Shown: positions 9,380-20,546, counted from the first letter of the stretch. The stretch: DNA of 64,000 nucleotides from an uncultured Eubacteriales bacterium (GCA_902781945.1 CACZLE010000003.1:39637-103636), one strand, 5' to 3'. Notes: generated by a model not told the origin, from the letters alone. A program made the numbers and translations.

Positions 9380-10504
9380 ATGAAAAAGTTCCTTGCTCTT
9401 TTGATGGCCGCCTGCATGCTGCTCTCCGCCGTGCCCGCCCTGGCGGACGTGGCCGACACCGTGGCCGCCGCCGCTGATCTGACCCACGACGAATTGGTGG
9501 AAAAGGCCCTGGCCGAGACCGGCACCTTCGTGGTGGCCGGCACCACCAGCCGCATCACCACCGCTGCCGAGGCCTTCGCCGAGCTGTACGGCATCGAGAT
9601 CAACTCCACCAACCTGAAGGACCTGGAGATCTACACCAAGCTGGAGTCCGAGTCCATCGACATGGTGATGATCCAGGACGGCGCCCAGCTGCTGGACGCC
9701 ATTGACGCCGGCATCGTCATCAACTATGTGCCCGCCAGCGTGAAGGCCGACGTGAGCGAGGAGGACCAGTATCCCCTGGCCCACCAGTTCACCAACAAGC
9801 TCTTCATCTATAATAACCTGGGCGACGACGTGCCCGCCATCCACAACGTGTGGGAGCTGACCGATCCCTCCATGAAGGAGCGCATCATCTTCAAGAGCCC
9901 CACCGGCGAGCAGGTCAACATGAACTTCCTGATCATGCTGACCAGCGAAAAGTGGTCCAAGAAGCTGGAAGAAGCCTACAAGGCCTGGAAGGGCGAGGAC
10001 ATCGACTTGGGCGATTATCCCACCGCGGGCCATAAGTGGATCGCCGAATTCCTGCCCAACTGCCAGTTTGGCAAGTCCGACACCAACATCGCCGAGGAGA
10101 TCAGCCAGGAGACCGCCGCGGGCAAGATCGGCCTGTTCGTGCTGTCCAAGCTCCGCTCCTCCTCCGTCCTCAGCGACAACCTGACTCCTGCCCAGTATGC
10201 CGCCTCCGCCGAGGGCTACACCGTCGAGCCCTTCTCCGGCTTCATGTATCCCATCTACGCCATGGTGTCCGCCAACGCCAACCGTCCCTATACCGCCATG
10301 CTGTTCATCGAATACGTGATGACCGCTGAGGGCTTCGCCCCCTGGGGCAAGAGCATCGGCGCCTATTCCGGCAACAGCGCCATCCCCGAGAAGGAAGGCG
10401 ATCTGCCCCTGTCCGTGTGGAAGGACACCCTGGTGGAGGAGGACCCCGAGTACATCCTGGACAACTTCGAGGTGGAGGACTTCGTCCGCCAGTACCTGCA
10501 ATAA
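9380..10504 (+). CDS. ABC transporter substrate-binding protein (FbpA/AfuA-type family 1 SBP; substrate unknown)
   Basis: 374 aa with signal peptide MKKFLALLMAACMLLSAVPALA. Genetically linked to a fused two-domain permease and a PotA/FbpC-like ATPase. Confidence 0.8.
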   Translation: MKKFLALLMAACMLLSAVPALADVADTVAAAADLTHDELVEKALAETGTFVVAGTTSRITTAAEAFAELYGIEINSTNLKDLEIYTKLESESIDMVMIQDGAQLLDAIDAGIVINYVPASVKADVSEEDQYPLAHQFTNKLFIYNNLGDDVPAIHNVWELTDPSMKERIIFKSPTGEQVNMNFLIMLTSEKWSKKLEEAYKAWKGEDIDLGDYPTAGHKWIAEFLPNCQFGKSDTNIAEEISQETAAGKIGLFVLSKLRSSSVLSDNLTPAQYAASAEGYTVEPFSGFMYPIYAMVSANANRPYTAMLFIEYVMTAEGFAPWGKSIGAYSGNSAIPEKEGDLPLSVWKDTLVEEDPEYILDNFEVEDFVRQYLQ

Positions 10505-10522
10505 TCCATCGGCCTTGTATTT

Positions 10523-10562
10523 CCGGCGGGGCGGGTTTCCCGTCCCGCCGGATTCTTTTTTA
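10523..10562 (+). terminator. intra-operon terminator/attenuator after the SBP gene
   Basis: 13-bp GC stem CCGGCGGGGCGGG / CCCGTCCCGCCGG (10523-10551), followed by ATTCTTTTTTT. Confidence 0.7.
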
Positions 10563-10606
10563 TTCCTGAGACATCCTGCCGCAAGCCCTAAAAGGGGGAT
10601 CATGCC

Positions 10607-12433
10607 ATGCAACAAACCCAGACCGGAAAGGTAAAGTTCTCCAGGATAAAAGGCCGGCTGCACGCCTGGTTTTCCAAGCCCGCCAACATCATTCTCCTGG
10701 TCTTTCTCATCGCGCTGACGGTGCTGACGCTCTACCCGCTTCTGTCCCTGCTGATGGAGACCTTCACCGTCCACATGGGCAAGGAGGCGCGGGCAGCCAA
10801 GCTGCCGGTGGGCGCTTTTACCTGGTATCATTTTCAGCGCGTATTCGCCACCAGGGACAACAATTACAGCTGGATCCAGTTTTATAAGCCGCTGCTGAAC
10901 ACGCTGGCGGTGTCCGTCACCTCCTCCGTCATCGCCATCCTGTTTGGGGGCATGGTGGCCTTCCTGGTGACGCGAACCAACCTGAAATACAAAAAATTCG
11001 TCTCCGCGGTGTTCACCTTTCCCTATATCATGCCCTCCTGGACGCTGGCGCTGTTCTGGGAGACCTTCTTCAAGAACGTGAACATCGGACTTAAGACCTC
11101 CAACGGCATCATGGCCTCGGTGTTCGGGGTCTACATGCCCGAGTGGTTCGTATACGGCTATTTCCCCATCGCCCTGGTGCTGGGGCTGCACTACGCGCCC
11201 TTCGCCTATATCCTCATCGGCGGCATCCTGCGCAACATGGACGCCAACCTGGAGGAAGCGGCCACCATCCTGCGCACCCCCCGGTGGCGCATCATCTGGC
11301 GCATCACCCTGCCCATCGTCAAGCCCGCCATGCTGTCCACCTTCCTATTGGTGTTCGCCAGCTCCATGAGCGCCTATTCCGTGCCCGTGTTCCTGGGCTC
11401 GCCCGTGCGCTACTATGTGCTGAGCACCACCATGAAGGAGCTGATGAACACCTACAAGGGCCAGGCCTACATCATCGTGGGCGTCATGATCCTCTTTGGC
11501 GTGGCCATCCTGATGCTCAATCAAAAGGTGACCAACAGCCGCAAACAGTTTACCACCGTCACGGGCAAGAGCGGCCAGATCAGCAAGATCGACCTCAAGC
11601 GGGCCAACGCGCCCATCGCCATCATCCTGGTGATCATCCTGCTGCTGGTGGCCGTGGTGCCCCTGGTCACCTTCGCCCTGGAGTCACTCATCATCAAGGC
11701 GGGGGATTACAGCCTGGGCAACATGACGCTGGACTTCTGGGTCGGCACGGGGCTGGACAAGCGCCTGGATCAGGGCGACAGCACTGGCATCCTGCTCAAT
11801 CCCAAGGTGTGGAAAGCCCTGGGATACAGCCTGGGTCTGGCCGTCACCTGCTCTGTGATCGCCGGCACCAGCGGCATCCTGGTGGGCTACGGCGTGGCCA
11901 AGCGCCGGGGCAGCCGCCTGGCCAACTGGGTCAGCAGCCTGTCCTTCTTCCCCTACCTCATGCCCTCCCTGGCCTTCGGCGCCATCTACCTGGCCATGTC
12001 CTCCAATATCACCTGGCTCCACGGCTTCCTGCTCCTGGCCCTGGTGGGCTCGGTCAAATACCTGCCCTTCGCCAGCCGCAGCGGCGTCAACGCCATGCTG
12101 CAACTGTCCGGCGAAATCGAGGAGGCCGCGCTCATCACCGGCGTGCCCTGGTGGAAGCGTATGCTGCGGGTGATCTTCCCCATCCAGAAATCCAGCTTCC
12201 TGTCCGGCTATCTGCTGCCCATGGTCAGCTGCATGCGCGAGCTAAGTCTGTTCGTGCTGATCGTGCCCACCAGCAACACGATCCTCACCACCATGCTGAT
12301 GCAGTACAGCGAAAAGGGCTGGGCCCAGTTCGGCAACGCGATCAATCTGCTGATCATCGTCGTCGTGCTGCTGGTGAACTTCACGGTCAACAAGCTGACC
12401 GGTGCATCTATCGATAAGGGAGTGGGTGGCTGA
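10607..12433 (+). CDS. ABC transporter permease, fused double-domain (FbpB-like, about 12 TM)
   Basis: 608 aa with two BPD_transp_1-type halves, each with an EAA-like loop (EEAATILRTPRWRIIWRITLP and EEAALITGVPWWKRMLRVIFP). Confidence 0.9.
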   Translation: MQQTQTGKVKFSRIKGRLHAWFSKPANIILLVFLIALTVLTLYPLLSLLMETFTVHMGKEARAAKLPVGAFTWYHFQRVFATRDNNYSWIQFYKPLLNTLAVSVTSSVIAILFGGMVAFLVTRTNLKYKKFVSAVFTFPYIMPSWTLALFWETFFKNVNIGLKTSNGIMASVFGVYMPEWFVYGYFPIALVLGLHYAPFAYILIGGILRNMDANLEEAATILRTPRWRIIWRITLPIVKPAMLSTFLLVFASSMSAYSVPVFLGSPVRYYVLSTTMKELMNTYKGQAYIIVGVMILFGVAILMLNQKVTNSRKQFTTVTGKSGQISKIDLKRANAPIAIILVIILLLVAVVPLVTFALESLIIKAGDYSLGNMTLDFWVGTGLDKRLDQGDSTGILLNPKVWKALGYSLGLAVTCSVIAGTSGILVGYGVAKRRGSRLANWVSSLSFFPYLMPSLAFGAIYLAMSSNITWLHGFLLLALVGSVKYLPFASRSGVNAMLQLSGEIEEAALITGVPWWKRMLRVIFPIQKSSFLSGYLLPMVSCMRELSLFVLIVPTSNTILTTMLMQYSEKGWAQFGNAINLLIIVVVLLVNFTVNKLTGASIDKGVGG

Positions 12434-12434
12434 T

Positions 12435-13541
<1,107 letters not shown>

Positions 13542-13621
13542 ACCCATAAACACGCAAACGCATAGAGACGCAATGCCGAAAGATCACGGCATTGCGCCTC
13601 TGCGCGTTCCAGGGAGGGCTT

Positions 13622-14137
13622 ATGCTTTATCACGGTACAATTCTGGAAGGCTTGCAGGTCATCCAGGCGAACGCCAAATCTCATACGAGCGGAAAACGGG
13701 TTGCCTATTTTACCGAAGACAGGTGCTACGCGCTGGTCTGCTGCAGGAGCAGGGATGAAAACTTTGTGACCATGGGCCTGCGGGAAGATGAAAAGCAGCA
13801 CTATTTTGAACGGTTCCCCGATCAGCTGAAAATCCTTTACGGCGGAAAATGCGGATATCTGTATATCCTGGAGGATATGACCGGTTTGCAAAACACAAAA
13901 GCCCATACCTGGGAAAGCGAAAAGGACGTGGCTGTTCAGCGGTGCGAGACCGTTGCGGACGTATATTCCGAAATATTAAAAGAAGAAAAAGCCGGGAATA
14001 TCATCATCCACCGATATGCGGACATCGATCCCGCAGAGCAGAAGCTGTACGCGAACTATATCAGGGATCATATGGGCGAAGAAGGCGAAGCGATGGCACG
14101 TTTTTACCGGGCGCATTTTTCGGCGCTGTGGGATTAA
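13622..14137 (+). CDS. hypothetical protein (171 aa), family not recognised
   Basis: GGGAGGG sits 4 nt upstream of the ATG. The protein starts MLYHGTILEGL.., has non-repetitive protein-like composition and is tightly linked (12 nt) to the next gene. Confidence 0.7.
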   Translation: MLYHGTILEGLQVIQANAKSHTSGKRVAYFTEDRCYALVCCRSRDENFVTMGLREDEKQHYFERFPDQLKILYGGKCGYLYILEDMTGLQNTKAHTWESEKDVAVQRCETVADVYSEILKEEKAGNIIIHRYADIDPAEQKLYANYIRDHMGEEGEAMARFYRAHFSALWD

Positions 14138-14149
14138 AGGAGGCACAAT

Positions 14150-14590
14150 ATGGACATCTGGGAAAAGCTCTATGAGGCGGCCAGGGCGCAGTATCACCCT
14201 GAGGACGTGTCGCCTTTCGTCTACGCCCATCACGTGGTCGCCGCTTTGGAGGCGGAGAACGGAGAGATCTTCACGGGCTTTTGCATCGAGGGCTGCAGCG
14301 GCGTCATGAACCTGTGCGCCGAGCGGGTGGCTGCCCTCAATATGTACGTAAACAGCGGCCAGACCGTCATCCGGAGGCTCATCGCCTTCCGGGATCAGCC
14401 GCCCCGGGGCGATATCGAGGGCAGCGGCATGCCCTGCGGCGCGTGCCGGGAATTTTTGATGCAGCTGGCCTATGAAAACCGGAACATGGAAATCATGACC
14501 GATTATGAGTCGCGCCAAACCGTTCGCCTGGGCGAGCTGATGCCGGGCTGGTGGGGGACGAGCCGCTACGAAACCGGCGCGGATTCCTGA
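14150..14590 (+). CDS. cytidine deaminase-fold protein (CDA / blasticidin-S deaminase-like)
   Basis: 146 aa with zinc/catalytic motifs CAER (LCAERVAAL) and PCGACRE. The C-terminal LMPGWWG resembles the tetrameric CDA/BSD tail. AAGGAGG upstream. Confidence 0.8.
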   Translation: MDIWEKLYEAARAQYHPEDVSPFVYAHHVVAALEAENGEIFTGFCIEGCSGVMNLCAERVAALNMYVNSGQTVIRRLIAFRDQPPRGDIEGSGMPCGACREFLMQLAYENRNMEIMTDYESRQTVRLGELMPGWWGTSRYETGADS

Positions 14591-14743
14591 CGCCCTTTTC
14601 CACAAATTATTACAAGAGTAAAAATTTTTTGCAAAGGGCTTGCAATCTTATCCCGCATATGATAAAATAATCAAGCTGTCAAAAGAGCTTTCCCGCGGCA
14701 ATGCCGCGTGACTAAGGCATTTCCGACAGGGAGGTGTAACGAA

Positions 14744-14962
14744 ATGGGCAAGTTTTGCCAGGTGTGCAACAAGGGTTTGATGAATGGCAACCGCGTGAGC
14801 CATGCTGAGAACAAGACCGGTCGTATGTATGCGCCCAACGTCCAGCGCGTCCGCGTGCTGGTGGATGGCCGTCCTACGCACCTGAACGTGTGCACCCGCT
14901 GCCTGCGCAGCGGCAAGGTTGTGCGTGCGCTGCCTAAGATGAGCGCGCCCGTGGAAGCCTGA
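14744..14962 (+). CDS. rpmB: 50S ribosomal protein L28
   Basis: MGKFCQVCNKGLMNGNRVSHAENKTGRMYAPNVQRVRVLVDG is a classic L28 sequence. GGGAGGTG upstream. Confidence 0.9.
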   Translation: MGKFCQVCNKGLMNGNRVSHAENKTGRMYAPNVQRVRVLVDGRPTHLNVCTRCLRSGKVVRALPKMSAPVEA

Positions 14963-14980
14963 TTCCGGCACACATAAAAA

Positions 14981-15012
14981 AGCCTTCCGCCCTTTGGCGG
15001 GAGGCTTTTTTG
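14981..15012 (+). terminator. rho-independent terminator after rpmB
   Basis: AGCCTTCCGCC / GGCGGGAGGCT stem followed by TTTTTTG. Confidence 0.8.
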
Positions 15013-15081
15013 TTTCCCGTGGACTTTTTTCTCCTGTAATGTTATAATGAATCGAATCCTGCGAATGAGAGAGGTTAGGAC

Positions 15082-16212
15082 ATGGCAAAACGGGCGGTGT
15101 GCATCAGCTGCTTCGACTTCTACGATCACCGGGTGGAGCTGGTGATGGATCAATTGCGGCAGCGCGGGTATGAATGCACCTATATCACCGGGGATTTCAG
15201 TCATTTCACCCGGGAAAAATACAAGATCGACGTGCCCGGCGGCGAGCAGGTGCCCACGATCCCTTACCATAAAAATATGTCCGTCATGCGTCTGGTGTCC
15301 CATCAGGCCTTTACCCGGGCGGTTTTCAAACGCGTGCGCCAGTTGAAACCCGATCTGCTGTACGTCATGACTCCGCCCAACAGCCTGTGCAAGGAAGCGG
15401 GCAAGTATAAACAGCGGCATCCGGAAACCACCTTCGCGGTGGACCTGTACGATCTATGGCCGGAGACCTTCCCCAGCCACGGGGCCAAGAAAATCCTGGC
15501 CCTGCCCTTCGCTCTGTGGCAGGCGGAACGGGATCTGGGCCTCAAGCACGCGGATATCGTCTATACGGAGTGCGATCTGTACCGCCAGGTGCTGCATAAG
15601 CAGCTGCGGGGCAAGCGGGTGTATACGCTGCCCATCTGCCGGGAGCGCGTCACCTGCGGTCCCCATCCCCAGGCCCCCGAGGGCGAGGCCCTGAGCCTGT
15701 GCTATCTGGGCACCATCGGGAAGCTATTGGATATCGACGTGGTGGAGGAACTGCTGCGGCAGATGGCGGTGCGCAGGCCCGTCAAGCTGCATATCATCGG
15801 CGAGGGCGAAAACCGGGAGGAGCTGATCCAGCGGGCCACCACCGCCGGGGCGGAGGTCATTTATCATGGCCGCATCTACGATCCCGACAAGCGGCAGAAG
15901 ATCTTTGACCAGTGCCATTTTGGCATCAACATCATGAAAACCAGCGTGCTGGTGGGCCTCACCATGAAGTCCCTGGATTATTTTGCCGGAGGCCTGCCGG
16001 TGCTCAATACCATCGAGGGCGACACCCGGTCCCGGGTCAGCTTCTATCAGGCGGGCATTGAGGTGGACCGGAACGACCTGGTGCAGACTGCCCGCCGGGC
16101 GGCGCGCATGACCAATGAGGAGAACACCCGGATGCGCCTCAATACCCTGAAACTGTTTGAAAACAACTATTCCATCCAGCACGTGCGGGATATCCTTTCG
16201 GATCTGGGGTGA
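15082..16212 (+). CDS. glycosyltransferase, GT4/GT1-type
   Basis: 376 aa. The C-terminal half shows the GT-B retaining-transferase pattern (HIIGEGENREEL...IYHGRIYD...GLTMKSLDYFAGGLPVLNT). Confidence 0.8.
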   Translation: MAKRAVCISCFDFYDHRVELVMDQLRQRGYECTYITGDFSHFTREKYKIDVPGGEQVPTIPYHKNMSVMRLVSHQAFTRAVFKRVRQLKPDLLYVMTPPNSLCKEAGKYKQRHPETTFAVDLYDLWPETFPSHGAKKILALPFALWQAERDLGLKHADIVYTECDLYRQVLHKQLRGKRVYTLPICRERVTCGPHPQAPEGEALSLCYLGTIGKLLDIDVVEELLRQMAVRRPVKLHIIGEGENREELIQRATTAGAEVIYHGRIYDPDKRQKIFDQCHFGINIMKTSVLVGLTMKSLDYFAGGLPVLNTIEGDTRSRVSFYQAGIEVDRNDLVQTARRAARMTNEENTRMRLNTLKLFENNYSIQHVRDILSDLG

Positions 16213-16215
16213 ACC

Positions 16216-17160
16216 ATGGGACAGGCAAAGATCGCCATTCTGCTGGCTACCTATAACGGCGGGGAGTATCTGCGGCAGCTGCTGGATTCCCTGTGGGCGC
16301 AGACCGAACGGGACTGGCAATTGCTGGTGTCCGACGACGGCTCCCGGGACGGCACCCGGGGGATCCTGGCGGAATATCAGCGGCGGGAGCCGGACAGGCT
16401 GCGCTTGCTGGAGCATGACCGCCCCACGGGCAGCAGCAAGGATAATTTTTTGTACCTCACGTCCTTCGCGGGGGAGTATACTTATGTGATGTACTGCGAT
16501 CAGGACGACGTATGGAAGCCGGACAAGATCGAAAAGACCCTGGGGAAGATGCGGGAGACCGAGGCTGGCGATCCTGCCGTTCCCTGCCTGGTGCACACCG
16601 ATCTGGCCGTGGTGGACGAAAACCTGCGCCCGCTGCACGACAGCTTCATTTATTCCTCCATGCTGGACCCCGGGCGGGATCAGCTGAACCATTTGCTGAT
16701 CCAGAACGTGGTCACCGGCTGCACGGTGATGATCAACCACGCCCTGTGGGAATTGGCCATGCTGCCGGCGGATGCCTCGAAGATCGTCATGCACGATATG
16801 TGGCTGGCCCTGCTGGCCGCGTGCCGGGGCCGCATCGGCTTTTTGCCGCAGGCCACCATCCTCTACCGCCAGCACGGCGATAACGTGGTGGGGGCCAAGG
16901 ACGTGCGCAGCCTGCGGTATATCGCCTCTTTTGCCGGGAGGCTGAAGCAGAACAGCCGATCCCTGCGGCGCTGTCAGGCCCAGGGCCTGGAACTGTGCCG
17001 CGTGCTGGGGGACAGCCTCACCGACGGGCAGCGGCAGTTGCTCCTGGCCTGGGGGCACATCCGGCAAAAGAACAAGCTGGCCCGCTGGGCCACCCTCAAA
17101 CGGCATCACATCTGGCTGCTGGGCGCAAAACGGCGGCTGGCGGAACTTATACTGATATAA
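16216..17160 (+). CDS. glycosyltransferase family 2 (rhamnosyltransferase-like)
   Basis: AILLATYNGGEYLRQLLDSLWAQT, LLVSDDGSRDGT and DQDDVW (DxD) motifs. Confidence 0.85.
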   Translation: MGQAKIAILLATYNGGEYLRQLLDSLWAQTERDWQLLVSDDGSRDGTRGILAEYQRREPDRLRLLEHDRPTGSSKDNFLYLTSFAGEYTYVMYCDQDDVWKPDKIEKTLGKMRETEAGDPAVPCLVHTDLAVVDENLRPLHDSFIYSSMLDPGRDQLNHLLIQNVVTGCTVMINHALWELAMLPADASKIVMHDMWLALLAACRGRIGFLPQATILYRQHGDNVVGAKDVRSLRYIASFAGRLKQNSRSLRRCQAQGLELCRVLGDSLTDGQRQLLLAWGHIRQKNKLARWATLKRHHIWLLGAKRRLAELILI

Positions 17161-17175
17161 CAGGAGGTCAGGCAC

Positions 17176-18228
17176 ATGATCAAGGTCGGCGTCATCGGCT
17201 GCGGCACCATCGCCAACGCGGCCCATATCCCATCCTACATGAAGAACCCCGACGTGGAGATCGCGTATTTCTGCGATATCATCCCGGAGCGGGCGGAAAA
17301 GGCCGTGCGCGAATACGGCTGCGGCAAGGCCGTGGTGGATTATCACGATGTGATCAACGATCCCGCCGTGGACGCCGTGTCCGTGTGCACGCCCAACGGC
17401 GCCCATCCCATGATCGCCATCGACGCCCTGCGGGCGGGCAAGCACGTGCTGTGCGAGAAGCCCGCCGCCCGCACCTGGCCGGAGGTGGAAAAAATGATCG
17501 CCGCCCAGCACGAGACCGGCAAGATCCTGGCCATCGGCGTGGTGAACCGCTTCAACGACAGCGTGCGCAAAATCAAGCAGTATATCGACGAAGGCCGCCT
17601 GGGCAACGTGCATCACGTGTACGTCAGCTTCCGGCAGCACCGCAGCATCCCCGGCCTGGGCGGGGCCTTCACCACCAAGGCCATGGCGGGCGGCGGCGTG
17701 CTCATCGACTGGGGCGTGCACTATCTGGATATCGTCATGTTTTGCTGCGGCGATCCCGCGCCCCTCACCGTCAGCGGCGAGTGCTTCTCCAAGCTGGGCC
17801 GCGATATCCCCGGCTACACCTACAAGGACATGTGGGCCGGTCCGCCCAAGCTGGACGGCACCTACGACGTGGAGGAATCCGTCACGGGCCTGGTGCGCAC
17901 CAGCGGCCCGGTGATCACCTTCAACGGCGCCTGGGCGCAGAATATTGCCGAAAAGGAATGCTTCATCGATTTCATGGGCGACAAGGCGGGCATTCGCCTG
18001 CAATACCTGGGCTACTTCACCCTCTATACCGCCGAGCACGGCGCGCTGGTGCAGTATACGCCCGAATTTGAGATGACCGATATGTTCCAGAACGAGATCG
18101 ACGCCTTCGTCCGCAGCGTGCGGACCGGTGAGCGCCTCCCCAGCGTCATCGACAGCGTGGCCCCCACCGCCAGACTGATGCAGGCCGTGTACGACAGCGC
18201 GGAGCAGCATCGGGAGATCGTGCTTTAA
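17176..18228 (+). CDS. Gfo/Idh/MocA family oxidoreductase
   Basis: N-terminal Rossmann IKVGVIGCGTIANAAHIPSY and the LCEKPAA motif. 350 aa. Confidence 0.85.
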   Translation: MIKVGVIGCGTIANAAHIPSYMKNPDVEIAYFCDIIPERAEKAVREYGCGKAVVDYHDVINDPAVDAVSVCTPNGAHPMIAIDALRAGKHVLCEKPAARTWPEVEKMIAAQHETGKILAIGVVNRFNDSVRKIKQYIDEGRLGNVHHVYVSFRQHRSIPGLGGAFTTKAMAGGGVLIDWGVHYLDIVMFCCGDPAPLTVSGECFSKLGRDIPGYTYKDMWAGPPKLDGTYDVEESVTGLVRTSGPVITFNGAWAQNIAEKECFIDFMGDKAGIRLQYLGYFTLYTAEHGALVQYTPEFEMTDMFQNEIDAFVRSVRTGERLPSVIDSVAPTARLMQAVYDSAEQHREIVL

Positions 18229-18230
18229 TC

Positions 18231-18260
18231 AAAAAAATCCGCCAAATCGGCGGATTTTTT
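18231..18260. terminator. bidirectional rho-independent terminator between convergent genes
   Basis: AAAAAAATCCGCC-AAATC-GGCGGATTTTTT: a perfect stem flanked by A and T runs. Confidence 0.85.
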
Positions 18261-18262
18261 GA

Positions 18263-20269
18263 TTATGTATGCAGCCAAACCCGCATTTCTCCCTCGCCCC
18301 GGTTGGCCCAGGCGAAATAGGGGATCAGGGTCAAGTCGACGTCTGTCATTTCCGGCTCTTTCCAATCATCGTACAGGGGCGCGTCCGGCACGGGTACCCG
18401 CTTGGCCGCCACGCGGAGCACGGGCAGGGAAATGGCGCCAATGGCCTGTGTTTCCACCCGCACCTCCGCCTGGGGCAAAGCCCGGATCAGGTGCAGCAGC
18501 TTGCCGTTGTCCGCCTCCTCGGCGCAATAGACCAGCGGCCCGCGGGCGTAGCAGAGCTGCCCGGCGGTCTCCCGGATCAGGGGATGCCCCATGAGCCTGC
18601 GCACGGGCATGGCGAAATCCAGGGAGATCGATTCCCCTTTTCGCCAGCTTCCGGCCAGATAGAGATAGCCCTTCTCCTGCCGCTGTTCCTTTCCGGGGGC
18701 CTGAACGGTAAAGCCGTTTGTCCAATCCGGGATGCGGAAGGCAAGGACGCCCTCCGCCGCGCCGTCGGTTACGGTCAGGCGTATCTTTCCGTTCCGCAGC
18801 AGATCCGCCTGCAAATCCAGCGTTATTTTGCCGCCGTTCAGCTCCGTATCGATGCGGCTGCTGACGTACAGATGCACGAACAGCGCGTCGGCGCTTTGTG
18901 TAAAGGCATATGCGCCCAGGGAGCTCAGCAGCCGGGAGATGTTGGGCGGGCAGCAGGCGCAGCCGAACCACTTTTGCCGCTGGGGCTGCACGTGCTTCAG
19001 GCGGTCATCCGTATGACAGGCCGCCGGGTCCACCTCCAGGGGATTGACGTAGAAAAAGCTCGTGCCGTCCAGGGCCATGCCTGCCAGCACGGTGTTGTAC
19101 AGCGCCCGTTCCATGGCGTCCGCGTAGCGGCTGTCGGCGTCCATTTGCAGCATCCGCCGGGCGAAAAACACCAGGCCGATGGCGGCGCAGGTCTCGGAAT
19201 AGGCAGTGTCGCCGGGCAGATCATAGGGCCGGGAAAAGGCCTCGCCCACGTGGGTGCCGCCCACACCGCCGGTGACGTACATTTTTTCTTCCACGGCGGA
19301 ATGCCACAGCCGCAGGCAGGCGTCCCGCATGTCCGCGTCGCCGTTCAGCCGGGCGGCGTCCGCCATACCGCTGCACAGGTACATCTGCCGCACCGCATGG
19401 CCGGTGGCCTCCTTCATCTGCCGCACGGGCATGTGAGCCTGGTAATAGGCGTAGCGCTCCGCCGTCACGGGCAGTTCGGGCAGGCCGTCCTTTCTCCGCC
19501 GGGCGTTCTCCTCCAGGGCGAAGGTGCTGGGTTCTGTGCCCCGTACGTCCAGGAAGAAATTGGCCAGTTCCAGCCATTCCGGCTCGCCTGTGGCCTCATA
19601 AAGCCGCAGCAGGGCCATTTCGGCGATCTCGTGGCCCGGGCAGGCCCGCTCTCTGCCGGGGCCGAAGCGCCGGGCGATGCAGGCGGCGAAGCGGCGGGCG
19701 ATGTCCAGCAGGTCCTCCCGGCCCGTGGCCTCCTTCCAGGCCACCGCCGCCTCCACCAGATGGCCGAAGCAGTACAGCTCGTGGTGATCCTTCAGATTGG
19801 TAAACCGGTTCTCGATGCCGGTGATGGTGTAGAAGGTGTTCAGGTAGCCGTCGGCCTCCTGGGCTGCGCCGATGGCGTCGATGGCCGTCTGCACCTGGGC
19901 TTGCAGGGCCTCATCCGGAGCCATGGCCAGCTGATAGGCCGCGGCCTCGATCCACTTGTACCCGTCGCTGTCCTGAAATACCCAGCCGTAAAACAGATTG
20001 GGATCAGCCTGGGCGGGGGAGGGCCCCTCCGTCACCATGCCCCGGGGCTTCTGCCGGGGGATATAGGGCCCGCCAGCCTTTCGGGCAGCCACCACCCGGG
20101 CGGCGGCCCGCATGTTGTGCATCCACCAGCTGGGGGCGGCCCCGGGCACCCGGTCATTCAGCGCCTCCCATTGATAGGGCAGCACGGCGGAGCGGATCAG
20201 CGCCTGTTCTCTTTTCCAGAAGGCGTCCGTGATTTGTATATTGCGCAGCGGCAGCGGCTTGGAAGTCAT
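18263..20269 (-). CDS. glycoside hydrolase family 127 (DUF1680, beta-L-arabinofuranosidase-like)
   Basis: 668 aa from MTSKPLPLRNIQITDAFW, with FQDSDGYKWIEAAAY and HELYCFGHLVEAAV motifs typical of GH127. I chose the internal ATG at 20269; the longer ORF extends into the promoter/riboswitch region. Confidence 0.85.
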   Translation of the reverse strand: MTSKPLPLRNIQITDAFWKREQALIRSAVLPYQWEALNDRVPGAAPSWWMHNMRAAARVVAARKAGGPYIPRQKPRGMVTEGPSPAQADPNLFYGWVFQDSDGYKWIEAAAYQLAMAPDEALQAQVQTAIDAIGAAQEADGYLNTFYTITGIENRFTNLKDHHELYCFGHLVEAAVAWKEATGREDLLDIARRFAACIARRFGPGRERACPGHEIAEMALLRLYEATGEPEWLELANFFLDVRGTEPSTFALEENARRRKDGLPELPVTAERYAYYQAHMPVRQMKEATGHAVRQMYLCSGMADAARLNGDADMRDACLRLWHSAVEEKMYVTGGVGGTHVGEAFSRPYDLPGDTAYSETCAAIGLVFFARRMLQMDADSRYADAMERALYNTVLAGMALDGTSFFYVNPLEVDPAACHTDDRLKHVQPQRQKWFGCACCPPNISRLLSSLGAYAFTQSADALFVHLYVSSRIDTELNGGKITLDLQADLLRNGKIRLTVTDGAAEGVLAFRIPDWTNGFTVQAPGKEQRQEKGYLYLAGSWRKGESISLDFAMPVRRLMGHPLIRETAGQLCYARGPLVYCAEEADNGKLLHLIRALPQAEVRVETQAIGAISLPVLRVAAKRVPVPDAPLYDDWKEPEMTDVDLTLIPYFAWANRGEGEMRVWLHT

Positions 20270-20328
20270 ATCGATCACCCTTTCCTGTTCATTATAGAGG
20301 CAAATGTGCCTGGAATCAATATTTCCCG

Positions 20329-20357
20329 TTGATTTTCCGGGCGATATGCGGTATAAT
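20329..20357 (+). promoter_or_regulatory. sigmaA-type promoter of the cobalamin operon
   Basis: TTGATT (20329-20334), 17-nt spacer, TATAAT (20352-20357). Confidence 0.55.
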
Positions 20358-20374
20358 TTTTCCCGTAATTGAAT

Positions 20375-20546
20375 ATGCGGACCAGGTGCCCGGGGGCTAC
20401 GCCCGGGTGAAAAGGGAAGTCCGGTGAAAAACCGGCGCAACAGCCATTACTGTGATCGGTTCCGCGGCGCAAATGCCATTGAGCGTATGCTTGAGAAGGC
20501 GCGCCCGCAGGGGAAAAGCCCCAGCCGTCAGCCAGGAGACCTGCCT
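20375..20546 (+). promoter_or_regulatory. cobalamin (AdoCbl) riboswitch
   Basis: AAAAGGGAAGTCCGGTGAAAAACCGGCGCA core plus an exact B12-box consensus AGCCAGGAGACCTGCC at 20530-20545. Located upstream of btuF-like and cbi genes. Confidence 0.85.
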
